64,000 nucleotides of DNA, from contig CBFDEM010000017.1 of NCBI GenBank assembly GCA_965603825.1, forward strand, positions 124,001 to 188,000, in the 5' to 3' direction. The translations under genes and the position numbers were made by a program. Within the stretch, counting starts at the first letter, position 1. Every line of letters starts with the position of its first letter. The stretch comes from Blepharisma stoltei ATCC 30299 (taxonomy: Eukaryota > Protista > Ciliophora). The notes beneath the pieces are model-generated. The model ran no database searches. It was not told the DNA's origin and was given only the letters and a program-made list of their open reading frames with translations. Shown here piece by piece: positions 13,509 to 25,436 of this stretch.

Positions 13509-16397
13509 CTAAACTTCGGTAGTAATGAACTTGGTGGTGTCGATCGCTGTCTTTTCCAATGTCAAATTCTCCACTTTCCGCTTATTCCCTCTTTTCTTCA
13601 ATTTTTCACAGCCTCTATAAATCCATACTATCACATACCGTTCTTAGAAATAAGCGACTATGCTGTATCCACCCCAAATTCCTAGCAGTGCAAGTCTCAT
13701 GTACATTGGAAACCATGCAATCTACATAACTCTTACATTATAAAGATCCATTAACCATTGTGGAGGCCAAAGAACCAAGTAAATATGCAGCGAAAATAAA
13801 CAGGAAATATAAACCATAAGGTAAACATTTTTATAAGCCGGAAATTTTCAAGGCTTTCCTTCGTTAAAGGCAACGCAGACTGATAAAAGTTCAAGCAGGG
13901 CCATAAGGTACACAATGGTATTGGCGTCGTTTAAGTAGTCGTCGCCTGCGTCGTCTACAGACTCATAGAATGGCAAAGCTATCGCTACTTCATAGACAAT
14001 GACCATTCCTATAGCTTGTAATATAGACTGTCCTAGTACTGAGCCTATGACAGCGACAGACATTAATGATGAAGTTGGCTGTTTTTTGCTTAATTTAGGA
14101 TAAGGCCCTGTGCTGCCCATTGCCATAGCTAAAGGTAGGACTGTTAACAAATCTTGAGATAAAAATTCGTTATTGGTCAATCCACTCCCAAGGACGTATA
14201 AAATTTTGACATTCGTAAATTGAATCATAGAATAAACAGCCATAAATTTAAAGCACTGCACAGATGTGGTCAAGGCACATCTGCCATTTTTTAAAACTAT
14301 TGGAACACATGAAATATCAGGGATACTTGACGTGAAAGGAGCTGCAATAGAAGTTTCAGCTTCTGTTAAGGATATTCCTATATCAGCAGTTTTTAAAGCT
14401 CCGCAGTCATTAGCTCCATCTCCACACATGCCAACTAAGAGGCCTATGCTTTGGAGCCTGCTTACCAGCAGTGTTTTGTGCTCTGGAGACATCCTTGCAA
14501 AAATTCTGCATTTATTAAGCAGGACTTTTATCGAATACTCGGCATTAGCATCCCCATTTTTGGCAAATATATCATAGGCATTTAACACCACCCCAGTAAC
14601 CGCTAACGTATAATCTCCGCCAAGCTCATTATTAACCCAAGGTGGCTCATTTAAAATATTTTGCTTGGACACATCTTCAGCACTACTAACAAATCTTTCC
14701 CATCTGATTTCTTCATCAACCATTTCTGCTAAATATACAGGAATTTCTGGGTTTATGATATGGCATTCTTTTGCTACAGAAATAGCAGTTAAGACTGCAT
14801 CGCCAGTTGCCATTACAGTATCAATGGCAGCTTTATGCAGCAGTTGGATGGTTGGGATAGTCTGAGGTTTGAGCTTATTCTGTAAGACAATTAAGCCGAG
14901 GAATTTCATGTTCTGCTCAAGGTTTTCGAGCTTTTGGGACTTCATTTCGTCGTCAAGGATAGGATTAAGAGGATTCATAGCACATGCGAGTACTCTGTAT
15001 CCGGATCTTGTATAGTTATATAATATATGGTCTATGTCTTCAGGTATTGAAGATTTTCTGCACCTTTCTAAGACCATTTCAGGAGCTCCTTTCATGTAGA
15101 ACTCAAATTGGTTATTTTCTGGGTTTTTTACGATAACACCCATCCTTTTCCTTTTTGAGGTGAAATAAAAGATATGGAGAATGGCGACGCTTAAATTTTC
15201 TTCTTGCTTGTTATCAGAATTCGAATTCGATGAAACAATCGCTTTCACACCAGATTCTTCTTCTTTAGGCTCTCTATATGAAAATCCAGAAAATTTATAT
15301 ATTTCTAGGTCTTGAGTATCTCCTACTAATTTTTCGTCTACATTGGTTAATGAATGACAAGTCGCTAAAGCACAGCTTAAATCCAAAGAATGCACAATTG
15401 CTTCATTAAAAGGGGTATCTGATGCAACAAATAAATGCTTACTATAAACCCACACAGTGCCACAAGTGCTAAACATCCAATAAATCTCAATGAATCTCTG
15501 GAAAATTTAAACTGGTTTGGCTTTGGGAATAAAATTGACCTTACCATTTTCCCTTTCATAGTTGAAAACCCAGTCCTCACCACAATTCCGACTACTGGCT
15601 TGCCTCCATGGCTTCTGGTCTGCAGCACCTTCGTCCCTTCATACAAGCTAAAATGTCTGTCAGCTTCTACATTGTAAATTTTATCATTTAAATAAGGCAA
15701 AGAGTCTTTTATTACAGGGACTGATTCACCTGTCAAAGACGATTCTTCAACAACAGCTCCACCTGAGATTAAAATAGCATCACAAGGCATTTCAGTGCCT
15801 CTTGGGATTTCTATTAAATCACCAGGGACAAGCTCTTTGCTGTTTATAATGGTCCATTGTCCAGAGCGCTTTACTTTGACTTCTACGTGTCTCAAAGCAA
15901 GATCGTGGAGATCGTGCATACTTTTTCAGGACTGATAGACTGAGGAAAATAACGAAGCAAGTGTAATCACAATTACACAGATTGCGTAGGCATAATAGTC
16001 TTCAAAATACCATAAAATAACGCTGAAAAGCTGGAAAATGTAGAAGGGGTGCTTGACTTCATCAAAAAGTTTAATTAATGATATCTTGTATGGTAATATC
16101 AGTGAAATACATAGTTTTTATGACTAGCATCTTGGCTTCAGAACCTGGGACTCGTTTATAACGGAGAAGGAGATGAAGGAAAAGAAACCAATGATCAATT
16201 AAGTAATAAAGTCCTCCAGTGCATATGGCGAGGACTCAAAACAGAACTTCTCCTCAGATACGGAGCTTGTAAGGCTCTATAGATTTTATTGTGGACTCTT
16301 CAATAGCGTCTAGGTGAGGCATGCAGGGGATGTTGTATTTGGAGGCAGAGTCGGTAGTGGGAGTTAAGCTTGGGCTTTCATAAGCAACTTTATTCAT
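13509..16397 (-). pseudogene. P5B-type ATPase (ATP13A2-5-like), disrupted
   Basis: Present: DEVKHPFYIFQ, LVPGD, ESSLTGES, KGAPE, TGD, FARMSP, GDGAND. Absent: TM4 PPALP and the DKTGT phosphorylation motif (SLDL joins directly to SCALATCHSL near 15378). Also a frameshift near 15432, an in-frame TAA at 13644-13646 and a probably shortened N-terminal domain near 16075-16120. Confidence 0.8.
13722..13736 (-). other. 15-nt intron GTAAGAGTTATGTAG
   Basis: GT..AG with A at position 10; removal restores DLYN-IAWFPMYMRL. Confidence 0.8.
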
Positions 16398-16758
16398 TAT
16401 TATCCACCATTATTGATAAGCTTAAATCGACTGAAATTGGAATTTGAAAGGCAGAGTAAGGCGAAGATATTGAATTTCTAGAAATACTAAAGTTTTGGGT
16501 TGATAAATTTTAAAATGTTAATTATAGATTATAAATAGTTTTTAAATACTAATAGAAGCAGAGGTGCATAATTGGATGAGGAAGGATTATGGAAGCTTTA
16601 TAAACTTGATAATTCTTCTCTCACAAAATGGCTAAAAATAACTGCTACTTATACAAAAAGCAGCTGAATAATTTAATATTTTAATACAAATAATAAACAT
16701 TTTAAATATATTACTAATGATAGAAAAATATCTAATTTAAAAATTAATTATAAATAAT

Positions 16759-18060
16759 TTAATTGCTGACTTCTCAAAGAGAAAGCTTTCTCTTTTTATT
16801 TCCTTCACAATGTTTAAGTTCTTCTATTTGTCTTTTTAATACTTTTGTATAATTTTCCAGTCTTTTAATTTCTCTATCTTTATCTGACACAAGAAACGTC
16901 GCTAAAAGCTCTTCAGCGCTAGGCCGAATTTCAGGACTTTTATTCATCATTTTTCTAATAGCCTCCTTTAATTCCCATGAAAAATCATTAACAAATTTTA
17001 ATTCCCCATTTCTTATATCATGCCATTCTTTCCCATTCATCGGCAACTGTTTTCCTCTCATAATTTCATAAATAGTCGCCCCTAATGAAAAAATATCAGA
17101 TTTCGTCAAATCTGGGATATGCTCACTATCTTCTTCATGGTGCATAAGGACTTCTGATGCCAAATACCTAGCATCTCCTTCTGGGATTTCTCCTGTCAGA
17201 TTTGTAGTTATTCTTGCCAAGCCTAAATCTCCGAGTTTAAACTTTCCAGAAAAGCTATAAAAAATATTATCAGCCTTAATATCCATATGCACAATGTTAT
17301 TAGCATGGATTTTCTTGAGTCCTTTGCATATATCTCTCATTATTTTCCTTATGGTATTTTCTGATGGTGGATTTTTCTGAATGTACTGAGATAAAGAACA
17401 CTCACAAAGCTCCATTGAAATGTAGAGAAAATCATGCTCAATCCAAACTGAGTGGTAGCGTATGATATTAGTGTTATCTCCATAGGTAGAACTTGTAGCC
17501 AAAGCATAAGCTTCTTGTAAAGCAGTATTTCGCATATTTTGGTGCCGATAATTGGTTTTTATTTGTTTAACTGCATAATGCAGTCCATCAAGTTTATTTA
17601 AGCATTTATATACAGAGCCAAAATTCCCACTTCCTAATAAGGATTCTTGAATAAAATCGTGATTATATCTACATACCTCTAGCTCTTCTACAGAATTTTG
17701 CTGAGAAATTGGTGCTTCTGGCATATTGAACCAAGATTTTTCTTTATTCATAAAATGGCGGTCTTCGAAATTTTTATGCTCAGATTTTATAGACGGCATT
17801 TGAATTTCTCTGAGTAGTCGGTCAAGATTGGTTGCTGGCGTACGAGGGGTCATAGGTGTTGAGCAGCCTGAGGAGAAACGTCCATCAAAAACTTTATCTG
17901 ACAGCCTTCATTTTTGATAGTAAGAATTTTGTGGGATTTTTATTGATTTTTGATTAATTTCAGTTGAAGCTTCAGGTGGGAATGTGATAAACGGCTTTGC
18001 CAGTGGAGTATCAAATTTTGTGTCAGCTTGGAAACATTGGTTTTCAGTTTGGTTTGCCAT
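16759..18060 (-). CDS. WEE1: Wee1-family protein kinase, ~433 aa (428 aa if UGA at 16774 terminates)
   Basis: LGSGNFGSVYKC..LDG..YAVK, HMDIKADN, DLG and the Wee1-type EGDARYLA. ATG at 18060; TGA at 17908; terminal TGA at 16774 followed by TAA at 16759. Confidence 0.9.
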
Positions 18061-18443
18061 TTTGAAAATTTATTACCGGCTAATTTAAATTAAAAAAATT
18101 ATTTATGAAGATTAGAATGAAGATTGATGGCTATGAGATATCGTGGTTTTTAATATAATATTAATAATCGTATAGAGCAAGAAAGGAATTAATCGTAATA
18201 TCTCATGGCATGTATAATGATCTGAGAATAATAAAAATATCTGTTTGAGAAAATTATTTAGTTTCTTTGGCGATTTAGTTTTCAAATTTATTTAAGAGTA
18301 GATGTGCTTAGATTAAATTCTTCGCTTAATGGCATTTTAGATAGAATTTTCTTGCTTGTGATGCTAATTTTTATTGAAAATTTATAAAGAACTATAAATA
18401 TACATAATAATCAAATTATTCCATTGTAAAATTTATCTTAGAA

Positions 18444-18716
18444 ATGGCTTCTCAAAAGTTAATGAACTACGTTGAGAAGCACCTTTTCAAGTCTGTCGTA
18501 AACCCTATGTGGCAAGCATTTTCCTCAAAAAATTCAGTAAGAATAAGTGATCAGACTGTCGACGAATTTATCACATTACAGAAAGCAACTTTAGAATATA
18601 AAAAATTACTAGAAGATTATAATATTGGAATAAAAAGAGATGATAAAAAGACAAGAATAAGCATAGCTAAACACTGTGGGCTTATTATGCCAAATGCTGA
18701 AGATGAGAAGCCTTAA
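18444..18716 (+). CDS. Small FMC1-like (ATP synthase assembly factor-like) protein, 90 aa
   Basis: C-terminal YKKLLEDYN...IAKHCGLIMP resembles the FMC1 pattern YxxLLxxYN...AxxVGLxLP. Confidence 0.55.
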   Translation: MASQKLMNYVEKHLFKSVVNPMWQAFSSKNSVRISDQTVDEFITLQKATLEYKKLLEDYNIGIKRDDKKTRISIAKHCGLIMPNAEDEKP

Positions 18717-18814
18717 ACGTCCTATTTTCTAAATAAACACATATTCCAAGATCTAAAAGCTAATTAAAATTCTTAATAAAAAATTTCACGTAAATTTTAT
18801 AATTTCCAACTCTG

Positions 18815-19543
18815 CTACTTTAAGTATGCTAGGCCGCCTTCATTACTTGATCCACGTTTTTTCAATCATTTTATCATTGCTATATTAATCGTCATATACC
18901 TCGCTTCTTCTTGATTCCGAATAACTCCATCTTCATCTTTTTGATATTTCACCTTTGGAGGCAAAACATTAACTTTTTTGCTCCCAAAATTTTTAGCTAG
19001 TCTTTCAAACGCCGAAATGTTGACGTGTGCTCGTTGGTTGATTTTTTGCTCATCTTCTCGTAAAGCTTTTCGCATAGACCTTATTAAATGATGATAATTG
19101 CCCATTTGCAGCTCGTTTCTTACTTTATCTTTGAGCTGGATTTGGGTGGGACTAACTGCTCTGATTTCGTAGGGATTTTTCAATGAATTTATTTTACTTT
19201 TTATATGCGCATAGTCTTCTGAGTTTGAGCTTCGCCTATGGCGAGGTCTTGAAGTTGTATATGCCCTCGTGCTTGCTTTGAGAAATGGTTCGATATCTTT
19301 TATAGAGTTTTGGTAAATACTTCCCCGAGGTGAGCTATCATATTCTCGAGAAGATAAGTCTATTCTTCCCAGCATGCTATTGCGTTTTTGTGTAGAAGGT
19401 CTTGTGGTTTCTTTAGAAAAAGAATAATCGTTGCAAAAAGTGCTTCTGGGTGTGAAAACATTTTTGTTAGTTTGCAAGAATTGGCTTAGCTCAAATATAG
19501 GTGTTCCAAAATATGTCTCTAAAGAGCCTAGTTGCTCCGACAT
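18815..19543 (-). CDS. Hypothetical Ser/Arg-rich basic protein, ~242 aa
   Basis: Track ORF ends on TGA at 18866; read as Trp it extends to TAG at 18815. No family recognised. Confidence 0.7.
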
Positions 19544-19997
19544 TACGTAATTTCTTTTTAATGATGAGGAATGATTTTAATAAAGTAGAATAGAAAGGCT
19601 GATAAAAAATATTAAAATAAAGATGAATAGGCTTTTATTGACTGCTATTTAAAGCCATATTTTATTAAGAAACATGCATTTAAGCATATAAATAATTGCC
19701 TGATTTGATATTTATTACACCATATCTTTTGCTTTTTAATTATTTTATGCTAAATACTTATTTTCAAGGCTGAATATAAAACATTTATTATAGGAAAATC
19801 AATATCACCGATCATCCGATAATACTAAAGAAAAGCATTTATCAATAACATTCTAAAGGTGGCACTAACTAGCTTTAAAAAATGCAAATGCATTTAAAAT
19901 ATTAATTGAATTTTGAACTCCATCAAGGCGCATTTAGCCTCTTAGTGAAATTTTAAGTTTAATATTCCAATTTCTTAAATGAATAAAACGAATAAAA

Positions 19998-22157
19998 ATG
20001 TTTTCTCGGAACTCAGTTGACGTGATCAAAGGCTTGAGAAAAGGAAAAGTAGACAGAACCGCATTCCTCACAACTGTGTTTTCAGAAATCAAAGAAGAAG
20101 TTAAAAGCAGCGACCTTGTAGTCAAAACAAATGCCATCAAAAAGCTATTTGTCCTTTCACTAGAAGGCTATGACATGGAATGAGCTGCTTTTCACGTTTT
20201 AGAAGTCATGAGTTCTACTAAATTTTCCCAGAAACGAATGGGATTTTTGGCAGCTTCCAATTGCTTTAAATCTACCAGTGACATTTTAACACTTGCTACT
20301 AATGTATTTCGCAGAGAATTCGTAGCCGCAAACCATTTAGATACTTGCATAGCTGTTAATTGCTTGTGCAACATCATCAATTCTTTTATGTCTACAGAAC
20401 TATTAAACGACTGTGTTACTTTATTAAATGCTTCCAAGCCCGACTTAAGGAAAAAGGTCTGCTTATTGTTTTTCAAAATTTTTTTTAATAACCCAGACGC
20501 AGTACCACAGATGTTTGAAAGAGTAGCAGAGAAATTGCAGGATGAAAATATAGGTGTAAAGGTAGCAACTGTGAATACAATATTAGAAATATCAAGAATC
20601 AATCCTAAATGCGCACTTTTTACAGCAAAAGCGCTGTTTGATTTGCTGACGACGACAAAAAATAACTGGATGATAATTAAGCTGTTGAAAACAATGGTTG
20701 AGCTGACTAAAGTAGAGCCAAGACTGATAAAAAGGTTAATAGATCCATTAAAGACGCTACTGCAGAGCACCCCAGCGAAGTCTGTGGAATATGAAATAAT
20801 CAGGACAATTATATCATCTTTTTATGAGAATGAAGAACTTGTGATCTTAGCGATGTCAAAACTTCAAGGATTTCTAGATAGCAACGACCCAAATTGTAAA
20901 ATTTATATAGTAAAATATCTTGGTCTTTCTGGGCTGCAAGAAATGATTAAAAAGCATCCTAATATAGCATATGAATATAACCATTTTATAGTTGAAGCTC
21001 TTCAAAGCAAAGATTTAACTATAAGGCTTCGAGCTCTTTCTCTGCTAAGATTGACTGTATTTTATAATTAGACCTCAAAGCAAAACCTTTGTGACATTAT
21101 CGGAGAAATCGTAAAAGAAATTCAAAAATCCGAAAATTCTGATATAAAAGAAGAATTATTTAGTACTGGGTTGTATCTCTTAAGTAAAGAAAATTATGAC
21201 TTGGTTGAAGATTTCAAATGAATGTTCATGATTTTAGGCGCATTTTTGAAGCTCAAAACTTCTAAATATGAAGGACAGCTAAGCAGTATTATGCTTGATG
21301 TCGTGATAAGGGTTGAGCAGCTTAGATCAGAAGCTGCAGAACTTGCTATAGATACTCTACAAGATTTTGAATCTTTAAAATCCGAAAAATGTGAAGCCTT
21401 AAATGCCTTGCTTTTCATTATCGGCGAGTTTGGAGACACTTTATCTCGAGAAAACCAAGAAAATGCTTTAGAATTAGTCTTAAGAGACCGTTGGAAAATC
21501 TTAAATTTCCCTGAATCTGTACACAACGCCCTTACTGCTGCAACATTTAAACTATTAGTCAAAATAAAAGAAATTAACCCCAATCTCAAAGAAGAAATCC
21601 AAGCAAAACTTGAAGAAAGAAGCAAACAAGTGGACTTTATGGAGAGTCAAGAACGGTCGTTACTCTATATAAATATATTAGCAAACCTTACAGATGAAGA
21701 AAAAACTAAGCTCGGCAGCTTAATTACCTGTTTAAGCCCAGTCCCTTCATATGCTCAAGCGATGGTGTTTGCCCCTGAGTCACTTTTGGTGCCTATAGAA
21801 ATAGATGAAAACGAAATCCAGACGAGAAATGAAGATGGGTCAGTCACTTATCATTATTTCAGGGACGAAGATTTTATTCCTCCTGATATTTTAAGCGAAG
21901 AAGAGAGGAAAAAAAGGAGAAGTGAACTTAAATTAAAGCAGAAAGAAGACCCGTTTTATTTGCAGTCGAACAAAAATAGCCAGTCAGCTAAAAAGAAAGG
22001 AAAAGGAAAGAAAAAGCTTAAGAAAAAAACTGAAGAGATTAAAGAAGAAAATAAAGAAGAAGAAAAAGAAGAAATAAAGCAAGAAATTTCGGTACCCAAG
22101 CCAAGCACAGATAAGAAATATACAGTGATGAAAGATCCAGTTCTAGGAAATAATTAA
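19998..22157 (+). CDS. AP3D1: AP-3 complex subunit delta, ~709 aa, two introns
   Basis: GYDME[W]AAFHVLEVMSS, NNWMIIKLLK, VEPRL, DPNLKYLGL (after splicing), DLTIRLRAL, DFK[W]. TGA at 20181 and 21219 fall on conserved Trp. Confidence 0.95.
20896..20910 (+). other. 15-nt stop-free intron GTAAAATTTATATAG
   Basis: Removal converts DPNCKIYIVKYLGL to the conserved DPNLKYLGL; A at position 10. Confidence 0.9.
21057..21071 (+). other. 15-nt intron GTATTTTATAATTAG
   Basis: Terminal TAG is in frame; removal gives LRLTTSKQNL, matching the AP3D xxSKKNL motif. Confidence 0.9.
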
Positions 22158-22162
22158 TAGAT

Positions 22163-22723
22163 TTATCTTCTACCTCTTGCCCTTTCGAACTTTCTTCCTT
22201 CGCTACGAACATATGGTCTGGCTTTGGATCTCTTTGTTCCAGGTGCAGCTCCGAAGTGTTTATAAGCTTCTCTTGCAGTCTTTTTGCCTCTTAAAAGCAC
22301 AGTGTCCTTTCCTGTTGGATTTTGAATTGCAAATTGGTCAAAAGTGAGGACTTTTCCTCCAGCAGCTTCAACTCTTGCTCTTGCAGCCTCGCTGATTCTC
22401 AATGTCACAATTTGAAGACCTTCAGGGACTTGAATCAGTCTAGGGTCGTCGAGAACGGATCCTACAATCACACAAGTTTTGCTGGTTTTCTCTTTCATGT
22501 ATTTTGCAATATGTTTAAGAGAAAGTGGAGGCCTGTTGTGCCTAGACATAGCCAATCTCTTAGCAATGACTTTATTGAAGCCTGAGTCTGTTCTGCGAGC
22601 TAAGAACTTATAAAGCTTAAGGAGGAGACGGAGATACAGATTTGTAGTTGTGACCTTGCGTCTGTTAAGATTTGGCTTCTTACCACCTGCTACTAAGTCA
22701 ACACCCTATATAGGCCATACCAT
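22163..22723 (-). CDS. RPL18: 60S ribosomal protein eL18, ~181 aa; first coding exon is the ATG alone
   Basis: MGVDL...YLRLLLKLYKFLARRT...MSRHNRPPLSL...RSEGRKFERARGRR; intron 22706-22720. Confidence 0.97.
22706..22720 (-). other. 15-nt intron GTATGGCCTATATAG directly after the start codon
   Basis: ATG|GT..AG|GGT GTT GAC restores MGVD; A at position 10. Confidence 0.92.
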
Positions 22724-22838
22724 TTCTTAAAGATTACAAATGGGAATTCAAGAAGCATGTAAAGTTGCTACCAACAAGCCAAAAAACACCTAAATAATCG
22801 CAATCTTCTCAAAATTTATCATAAATTAGAGAAATTCG

Positions 22839-24155
22839 TTATGAAATTATATTCATTAAGTTCGGATACTTCACCATATTCCGCTTAATCCCTTCATCTC
22901 CATAGTCATTAATAAATTTCTTAAGGACTTCTTTATTATGAGCATCTTTTATGCAGATTTTCCTCAAAATCTGTGAAGTCTCTTTGCTGACCCCGCTTTC
23001 CTCAGATAAGAAAGGTCCTAGTTTCTGAGAAATATTAGGAGTGTCAATAGCTTCGCTTTCAGCATCTTCGTATTTTTCTATTAGGAAATTTATTGCTTTT
23101 ACATATTGCTGGTAAAAAGGCAACTTTTGAGGGCTAATATGAGGAGGATTCTCATAGGTGTTTAGCTTAGGGAGAAGCCTGATGAGAGGTTTTATAGCTC
23201 TGATACCAAAAACTTCATCTAAAATTGGCAAATTTGACGAAAGGAGGGTGACCGATTTATCAAAGCCTTCAGGCAAGTCAGCAATATTATGAAAGCATTG
23301 CTTTGCATTGATTCTTATATCTTCATGCTCCCCTTTTAACAACTCAAACAGCCTCTCTAACACTTTAAATTTGTCATTTTTCTTTAATCCAACAGCTTGG
23401 TTTTTCCCTTCTAGCTCAATTGTGACAGTCATAATAACTGCAGTCCCTAGTCTTTTTTGTTCATATGACCTGTTGCTATTTATATATTTTGACGCAGCAC
23501 TAATAGCATTTTCATCAGTCCCTTCAATCTTCCCTATCGGATGTATCGTTATATGTGAAATCACATGGAGGGTTCTTTCTATCATAACGATTTCTTGTTC
23601 CTTGTATTTTTTAGCTAGTTTTAAAAAATTGATTAAACTTTTCATAAGACCTGTTCCAAGCATTGGCTCAATCCCTATATCATATTCGCTGATGTTAATA
23701 AAGGCTTCTAATAAGTATAGCAAGCACATCTTATTTTTGGTCTTTGGAGCTTTAGAAAAATTGATAAATGCGCTTACCATTGTTATGATTGTGCAGCTTT
23801 CAGCAAGCTTAGCTACACCGTCTCTTGAATTTGAAAGCCTGCATAATGTTCATGCGACAGCTTCTCTTACATTTGTATTCTCATCTGTTAAGTGCCTTTG
23901 CAAAGGTGGGAATACGTCGTTTAATATCATAATGTTCCTGCCTTGCATCATAAAAATAAGCCCACCGATTAAATAAGCAGCTTCCATTCTCACGGTTCAG
24001 TTTTCTGAATTTAGTAAGTTTCCGCATGATTCCATAATTCTTGAATTGATCATTTTGTCTTTCGTGGACTGATGAGAAACCAATCCATTGAGTGTATGCA
24101 AGGTTTCTTCACTTAAATTGATAGGAAGATGAGAAAATTCTAACAGTTCGTTCAT
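22839..24155 (-). CDS. RSPH14: Radial spoke head protein 14-like armadillo-repeat protein, ~438 aa
   Basis: ARM repeats with the RSPH14-like TVTIELEGKNQAV and DIRINAKQCFHNIADLPEG; TGA at 23997 and 23850; ATG at 24155. Confidence 0.75.
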
Positions 24156-24526
24156 TATTAAATGCCATTAGAGGTCAATTTAATCAATTAAAATAGGAAA
24201 TTGAAGGAAAGCGTAAAGCCTAACGAATGCATAGATTCTGAAATACTGAGCTTGGGATGAATAAATTTTATAATTAATTATAGATTGCAAATAGCATACA
24301 AATATTTACAGAAGCAGAGCCCATCTAAATGGCAGAAATAACTGCCGCTTATAAAAAGAATTTAATATTTTAAAATTAATTTGAAAAGTCATAAGTATAG
24401 ATGATAGAAAATTTATTAATTTTAATAAAAACACCGATTTTTAAATTTATTACTGGCTTTTTAAAGAGAAAGCTATCTCTTTTTATTTCCTTCACAATGT
24501 TTAAGTTTCTTCTTTTTGTCTTTTAG
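24150..24526 (-). repeat. Diverged direct copy of 16392-16838 (Wee1 3' end, intergenic region and the P5-ATPase ATG)
   Basis: 24463-24507 is 44/45 identical to 16776-16820. Collinear blocks (gaaatact, ataaatttta, ttaattatagatt, gaagcagag, aaataactgc, atttaatattttaa, atgatagaaaa) continue down to the shared ttcattatta that holds the ATG. Confidence 0.85.
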
Positions 24527-24612
24527 GACCAATATTTATGGCGCAGGCGTCGCGTAAAGGAGCCAAATGAAACAATACATAATATGAAAAACCAATCCAA
24601 GAGCTCAAAAAA

Positions 24613-25419
24613 ATGAAAAATAAGTACAATGACATTGGAAGAAGCAGAAGCACTGGAAGAAACTTAATACCTCTGCAAGCAAATGGACAATTTAATAGTG
24701 AAAACTACCTAAAATCAGCGCAATCGTGGCTAAAAGTATTAAAAAATGATAAATCCTTTCTTGAAAAAAGACATTCATTATCTCCACAAGCAGACGAATA
24801 CTTGGAAATGTTACAATTACACATAAAAGAGCAGCTGCAAACCGTTTTAAATCTAGAAAAAGAAAACAAAAGGCTAAATAAATCCCAATCTATATCAGCC
24901 AGCAACGATAAAATTTCTTTAAGCACTGACGGAAGCATGATACGAGAAATTGTTCGATATAGGAAAAATATTAACAAAGCTGAAGAACAAGAAATAAGCA
25001 ACCAAAATAAAATGAAAGAGTACCAAATAAGGATTCTGAAGCTTGAAGAAGAAATAAAAAGCTTAAAAACGAACGGAAATAACATAAACGAAGAAACTGA
25101 AAGTAAAGGGAGTTTTGTTGAAACTTATAAATCACTGGCTAAAAAACTGAAATTAATTATGGCTATATGGAAAATTAACACAGGAAAACTTCAGCAGAAA
25201 ATTAACGATTTAGAAAAAGAGCAAAAAGAATTGCAAGAAGAAGCTATGGCACTACAAACAAGAACGTTTAAAAAGCAGTCCCAACAGCGACTGCTTAAAA
25301 TGACATTTGACGACTACTCAACTCTAAAGCTGAATAAATATTCCCCCAAAGACAGTGACTTCAGAGACCCTGACGTCTCTTTCTTCTACAAACCCTCAAT
25401 CAACGCCCTGTACACTTAA
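24613..25419 (+). CDS. Hypothetical coiled-coil protein, 268 aa (5' end uncertain)
   Basis: Open ORF with K/E/Q-rich heptads; coding-like sequence continues upstream to about 24530 in a shifted frame. Confidence 0.7.
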   Translation: MKNKYNDIGRSRSTGRNLIPLQANGQFNSENYLKSAQSWLKVLKNDKSFLEKRHSLSPQADEYLEMLQLHIKEQLQTVLNLEKENKRLNKSQSISASNDKISLSTDGSMIREIVRYRKNINKAEEQEISNQNKMKEYQIRILKLEEEIKSLKTNGNNINEETESKGSFVETYKSLAKKLKLIMAIWKINTGKLQQKINDLEKEQKELQEEAMALQTRTFKKQSQQRLLKMTFDDYSTLKLNKYSPKDSDFRDPDVSFFYKPSINALYT

Positions 25420-25436
25420 TTTTACCAATTTTTTAT

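Noticed and set aside
15425-15445. An intron explaining the P5-ATPase frameshift
   Set aside because: GTAAGCATTTATTTG has no AG at 15 or 16 nt.
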